Shown here: positions 57,697-64,000 of the stretch, one piece after another
Position numbering within the stretch: the first letter of the stretch is position 1
How the letters are laid out: every line of letters begins with the position of its first letter
NCBI RefSeq assembly: GCF_000143415.4
Contig: NW_003314303.1
Span: 987,389-1,051,388 of the forward strand
Source of the DNA: Selaginella moellendorffii
Taxonomy: Eukaryota > Plantae > Lycopodiophyta
Length of the DNA: 64,000 nucleotides
Direction of reading: 5' to 3'
Made by a program: the position numbers and the translations under genes
The notes under the pieces: model-generated
Told to the model about the DNA's origin: nothing
The model's input: only the letters and a program-made list of their open reading frames with translations
The model's database searches: none

Positions 57697-60600
57697 TGTC
57701 ACAAATGTGATTTTGGGTATCGAGAGATAGTTGTTGGCTAATCATTACAAACACTCTCTCCTTACTGCTATGACAACAAAAAGTCAATGCTACTAGTACC
57801 CTTTACTAGCCCCTTTTGTCCAAGTTTTAGGAAATTGGACGGGGGGGCTATAAGGGGGTTTTAAATGTATAGTAGAGATAGTGGTTGGAATGCATGTTTG
57901 ACCACGTAAGACATTAGTTTGGCTTTTGTTGGGCTATATTGCTTTTTGTTCTGTGTTCGGCTTGAGTTTAAGCCCAAGCTCCATGCTACTCTAGTTGGTG
58001 GGGTACCTTCTCTTTGCATTAGGGCACCAATATGCCAAAATCGTGCTAGACACCATTTGACACCATTTTGTGTGCAAATGCTTGATATAGGGAGCTGGTG
58101 CTTGTGGGATTATACAAGACCCTTGTTTTGTAACACAACAGTCTTGGAGTTTAGCTCCAAATTTTGATATGCTACATTTCGTATTAGAGAAATTGTTTCA
58201 GCAATTCCTATCCAACTTTTGTCAAATTTTTTGACTCAAGTTACATATATAGAGACTTTTTTAGTAGATCTATAGCCACATGTGTAGGATTAGTTGGATT
58301 TGCACCATTTAATAAGAATTTTGTATACATGTTCAGTTACCAATAGAAGCATATATACAACTAGTGAGATGGTAAAAAGGAGCTATGCTGATGATGCTGA
58401 AACCTCTAGACGGGTGAATCGAGAGGAAGAAACTCTTGCTAGAGATGTTGCAGAAGAAAATGAGGCTGAGTCAAAAGAGGAAAAGCTAGATGCTACGGCA
58501 TTGCAACATATGGCTTAGGAAGTTAAGATCAAGAATTTGCAAAAGGAAGTTCACAAATTGAAGAAGAAAAACAAAAAGAGGAAAACAAAAGTTAAAGCAG
58601 CTAAAGTAGCTAAACCTAAGCAACTGGACTCCTCTTTAAGTTCTAAGGATGATGAAGTTCTACAATTGCCCTTGGTGGCACGAGTTTCAAAGTTCAAGCC
58701 TTTGAAACCACCCAATTTCATAGGCTATAGAACTATCAGATTTTGGAAGATTGGGTTTATGATATGGAAAACTATTTCATAGTAGCAAATATAGATGATT
58801 GTACGAAAGTTGCGTGTTTACAATCCTTTCTCATAGATCATGCCAAAACTTGGTAGCACCAGGTGTGTGTTGAAAAAAGGCAAATTAAAAGATGGACCAA
58901 GGTGCAATCTTATATCTATAAAGAATACCAGATGATCTTGGTTTGCGACTTTGTGCGGAGCTATAGTGGTTAAAGCAACGAAGGGACTTTATGCATTACA
59001 TGAATACACTTTCTCAAAAGCATATTATAATTGCAAATATGAGTGACAAAGATGCTTGAAGCTATTTCCTAGAAGGTTTAAGTTCACTTTCTCACAATGA
59101 GATTTTGAAATTTAAGCCAAAGACGTACTTGGAGTGTAAGGAGGTAGCACTTGTTTTAAGCCATTCACTCATGGAACAATATCAGCAACTATATACTGGT
59201 ACTTTAGACAAGAATAAGAACCTTAAGAATAAACAAAGTGATCGGAAAAAGAGGGTGGAAGGGAAGTTTTGCCCTAGAGGCTCATAAGCAATAGTTAACA
59301 AAGGTGGTGGTTGGCGACCATCAACAATTTCTTTTGGTCTTAGGCCCTTTGCTCCTCTTGGTGGGCAACAACCTATGAAATTTGCCCCTAGTGGAACAGG
59401 TAGTGTGGGTCATTGTTTCCATTGTAGAAAGACAAATGGGCCAAACACCTTGGGCATTTTCATGGCCCAAGGAGCTAAGGTTATTTGAATAACTTTGGGC
59501 CCTTGGGCTATATAAGAACACAAGGTCAAAGGGGTTTTATGGATGTTATTGGCAAGATCTGTTCTTTAAAAATATCTTGAAGGTAGAATATATGACAAGA
59601 AAAGGCAGGACTTCCTACAAGACTGTAGCACGCCTTATCTCTCTCCCCTTAAGCCAATTGGAAAAAGGCAATTGCTTGATGAGAGAGCCTTTAGTGGCTA
59701 TTTTATCCCCATTTATCCCCTAAGATTCCAAGGATCCACAGTGACAGTATATCCAAATCTCATCCTATGATCACATGCGCTACAAAGACTTACCAATAAA
59801 AACCCATGGGTGGTCCTTGGAGTGTCCCAACAAGAATAAAACAAGGTCTTGTATTAATATCACGAGGGAAGATGGTGGTGGTGAAACTAAAGGGGTTGAT
59901 GAGTTGGTCAAAAGACTATGAGGAAGAGGAGGTGAGTTACTTTCTTTACTTTTCTTAAGTTTTTTTCACAATCAATACAAACACTATAGACACTAAATTA
60001 GAATGATAATTGATACGGAAGCTACACATAGCATGATATCCAAAGATTTAGTTAAGTTGTTAAAGTTGAATACTAAGTAGATATCACCTATACACTTCCG
60101 GTTTGTGGAAGGTAGGCAAGTAGCTAGAAAGTTTGTGAGTGATGTTCTAAATAAAATATCTAAGTGGAAAGAAAGAGTGGACTTGATAGTGTTGAAGATA
60201 CTAGATTTTCAAATGGTGTTTGGTATGGATTCTTTCAACAAATATATTAAAGGGATTTATGATGCTGAACAAAATCACATCACATTGAAGTCAAAAAGAT
60301 GTCTTGATGTGTCCTTCTAGTGCAAAAATGCTCTTTAAAGGATTGGGATGCTAAGTTCTTGATTGCAAGAGCTACTCAAAAAGTAGCTAAGAAGGGATGT
60401 CAGACCTTTTGGGTTCAAGTGATGGAACCTGAGGGTGTTGGTAACTTAGTTCAAATTGGTGACATGGTTGATCCTGTACCAAAGAAGATATTGGAGTTGT
60501 TGGCATGGAATCAAGATATCTTTCCTAAGGATTTGCTGCCAAAGCTACCTTCAATGGAATCATGAGGATGTGTATCGATTATTAGGCACTCAACAAGATC

Positions 60601-63600
60601 ACGGTCAAAAAAAATTATACTTTGGCTCGTATTGATGACTTGTTTGACCAACTCTTAAAGGCTAAGTATTTTATATAGCTTGATTTGCAATCCAGGTATC
60701 ATCAAATACAAGTGGAAGATCAAGATGTGGAGAAGACAACCTTTAAGATTTAGTACGGGTCTTATGAGTTCTTTGTCATGCCATTTGGGTTATGCAATAC
60801 TTTAGCAACATTTAGCACTATGATGGATAAGATATTTGGAGATTATTTTGACATATTTGTTATCTTATATATTGACAATGTTCTAGTCTTTAGTGAAATG
60901 TTGAAGGATCATTTGAAACACTTGGAGTTGGTGTTTTAAAAATTGTATGAGCACAAACTGTATGCTAAGGAAAGTAAATGCGCTTTTGGACAATTTCATG
61001 TGAACTTTCTTGGACATATAGTTGGTAATGGCGTAATTGAGGTGGATCCAAAGAAGGTGGAAGCGGTGAAGTCCTGGGAAGTCCCGACCACTGTATTAAA
61101 TGTTCGTTCCTTTCTTAGTTTGGCAGGAGATTATGACAAGTTTGTCCGCAATTTTGCAAGAATTGCTCTTATGTTGACTGATTTAATGAAGAATAGTATA
61201 CTATTTCATTGGACACTATTTTGTCAGTGTGCTTATGTACGATTGAAGAAGATCTTAACTACAGTTTCTATTCTTAGGATCCTGGATCTTAATAAACCTT
61301 TCAAATTGCATTGTGATGCATCTAGCTATGCTATTGGTGCTATATTGCAGTAAGATTGTAATAAAACGGTTAGTGTTATACTAAGGCAACATGGTTGTCC
61401 TATTGCTTTTTATTCTAATAAATTAAATGAAACCCAACAAAGATAGCCAATGCACAAGAAAGAAGTGTTTGTTATAGTGTTAGCATTGAAACATTAGAGA
61501 CACTATTTGGGTGGACATACCAAGGTTTATACAGATAATAACACATTGAGCTACTTTGCTACACAACCTAAGCTTACGCTAAAGCAGGCTCATTGGCAAG
61601 AGAAGCTCACTAGATTTGATATTGAAATAATCTATAAACCTAGTAAAAACAATATTGTTTTGGGTGCGTTGAATCATTAGACTCAGTTCCAGGCAATATC
61701 GGCAATCAGTTTGGACTGGTTGGAGGATGTTTGAGCTTCATATAGAAGTGATTTGTTAGCAAAGGAAATTTTGTATTGTGCAGAATTATCAAAGTAAAAC
61801 CCGCAACAAAAATTGCTAGCCATGCCAATGTGAAGCTTCACTTCTCAATTCGGGATGGGCTTATTTTCTATAAGTAAGAAAGATTGTATCTTCCTTCCAA
61901 AGATTTGCAAAAGTTGTTTCTATAGGAACATCATGATGTTTCGGCAGCAGAATATGGTGGAAAACAAAAAGGGATTTTTCTGGTTTTGTATAGAAGGTGA
62001 TATAGTAGATTATGTCTATTCTTGCTCTATATGCTAGTAATATAAGTGTAAAATTGAGAAGCACACTGGGAAGTTGTAGTGCATTCCAGTACTGGCATGG
62101 CCATTTTAGAGTGTGACACTTGATTTCGTCATTTGCTTGCCAAAGTCTAAAGGTTATGATACCTTGATGATAGTTGTGGATCAGTTGTTGAAAATTGCAA
62201 ATTTCATTCTGACTATGGAAATAGTGAATGCGAAGCAAACAACAAAGCTTTTTTTCCATGAAATACTACAAATTTGTGGTTTTTTTGAAGAGATGATCTC
62301 GGATAGATATTAGATATTTATAGGGAAGTTTTGGGGCATACTATTTCAGTTATTTGGTACCAAGTTGAAGTTTAATGTAGCTTATTATCCTCAAATTGAT
62401 GGGCAAACCGAACATGTGAATGCTCAAGTTGAGGATTATCTGTGGTACTATGTCGCGGCGGACCGACACGATTGGGTTGAGCATTTGGATACAATAGAAA
62501 TCTATTATAACAACACATTTCACACCGCTATTGGATATTCTCCATGGGAGATGTTGCAAGGAAATGCTCATATGGTTCCTTAATAGATTGTCATACCAAA
62601 ACCAATGTCTAAAGTGTTGGTCCCAGCCATTAAGATTTATGCAGAGCACCTATACTAAAGTTGGTCTAAAGTTATTGAGGCAATGGGCAAAGCTCAGGAT
62701 AGGTATTGATGTGATAAGGATCAGCATCTTTGAGATGTATCCTATCAAATCGGAGATTAGGTGTGCCTATCTTCCCGAAACTTGAATATTAAGGGATCTT
62801 TTTCTCATAAGCTATTACCAAAATATGTTAGATCCTATCGTGTTTTGAAATGCATTGGTGATGTATCCTATCGGTTGGATCTTACTGCGGAAATGTCCAA
62901 TGTTTATAATGTAATTCATGCTAACTTATTGGCTCCTTACACTATGGATGTTGCATATCAAGGGGAGATTCGTCTGCCACCAGAAGTTGTGGATGGTGAA
63001 CCTGAATATGAAGTAGAAGATATTTTGAGTACACATTGGCTTAAATGTGTTAAATGTCGAGAGTATCTAGTTAAATGGAAAGGTTACCCAACTTGTGAAT
63101 CAATTTGGGAGCCTCTTAGGAATCTTATACATGCTCGTGAGCTTGTTACAGAGTATGAGAATCGTAATAAAGCATAACTTTTGTAAACCTTGTAATAAAT
63201 CTTACAAATCAATAAAGTTATATATTTCTATAAAGCAAAGTTTTGTTTCTCTTGTTCGTTAGTACTTGGGTCAGTTTTGGTAAGCTAACATCGGCACTTC
63301 AGTGCATGGGTTTAATCCATAACCATGGGGATAACTATTATAGACTAATCACAAATCCCCACCTCTTTCTCAATGACTCATTTTGGAAAAGGGGCATGGT
63401 CGTGTAAACAACTTCATTTACTAGTTTATAATAGTTTTCTAAATCTTCTTGATGGGGTTGATTTCTTGTTTAGGGGAACTTGGGCCTCTGGCCCTCTCCC
63501 TATGTCCTTGTGGGCAAGGATGTATCATTCCTTTATAAGTTGAGTGGTACTTAGAGCAACAAGGGTGGCTAACTCCATTAGTCATTTCTTTGTTGATAAT

Positions 63601-64000
63601 GGCCGGAGGGTGTTTGAGTTTTAATGTCTTTGAACATAAAGGAGAGGTAGTTCCATAACTTATTTAAGTCGATGTTTTCCTATATAGTGTGCTTTCCACC
63701 CACTTTCGGAATTGTTTCCTTGACAGTTTGTTAGACTCGAGTATACATTGATGAGGACGTCATCCTCCCCTAAAGGGGGGAAAGTGTCATAAATGTGATT
63801 TTGGGTATCGAAAGATACTTATCAGCTAGTCCTTACGGACACTCTCTCCTTACTACCATAACGGCAAGAGGTTGGTACTGCTGCTACCTTTTACTTAGCC
63901 CCTATTATCCAAGTGTTGGTAAATTGGACTTAACATTTGTACTTGGCATAATTACAAACACAGCTAGGATCCCAGCCGTGTTCATCATGTTTCATGAACA
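57697..64000 (+). mobile_element. decayed Gypsy chromovirus; 3' LTR starts at 63785 and runs off the window
   Basis: LTR starts TGTCAYAAATGTGATTTTGGGTATCG at 57697 and 63785; PPT AAAGGGGGGAAAG; LYAKESKCAFG, LHCDASSYAIG, PQIDGQTE and chromodomain EYEVEDIL..YLVKWKGYP..IWEP. Confidence 0.85.

Overview
Eukaryotic land-plant DNA. The very short GT-AG introns, dense genes, PPR debris and a fungal-type chromovirus suggest a non-seed plant such as the lycophyte Selaginella; this is an inference. Bases 1-20 kb are gene-dense: PPR pseudogenes, two tandem NIP aquaporins, a conserved coiled-coil/Ig-like protein, a triple-LEA_2 protein, a pectin methylesterase, a penta-EF-hand protein and an RLCK-VII kinase. 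Bases 20-64 kb are a nested transposon pile. A Copia element with ~85-bp LTRs (20033-36708, TSD GTCTT) is split inside its gag zinc knuckle by a 12.1-kb Mutator-like element (20603-32726, 9-bp TSD CTTGGAGAT). Main finding: besides a GCM-like/DDE/SWIM transposase, this MULE carries a divergently transcribed, 9-exon gene fusing a ParB/Srx-like N-terminal domain to a prokaryote-type beta-class DNA amino (N6A/N4C) methyltransferase domain. It also has paralogous small zinc-finger genes pointing inward from each end, plus internal repeat arrays and a palindrome. Together these form a candidate transposon-borne DNA-modification or anti-silencing module; this copy is pseudogenised. Further right are 5S-bearing Cassandra TRIMs, a self-priming (Tf1-like) chromovirus, minisatellite-filled solo LTRs, a non-coding LARD-like tandem and a decayed Gypsy chromovirus. 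All domain calls come from motif recognition by eye, not database searches.
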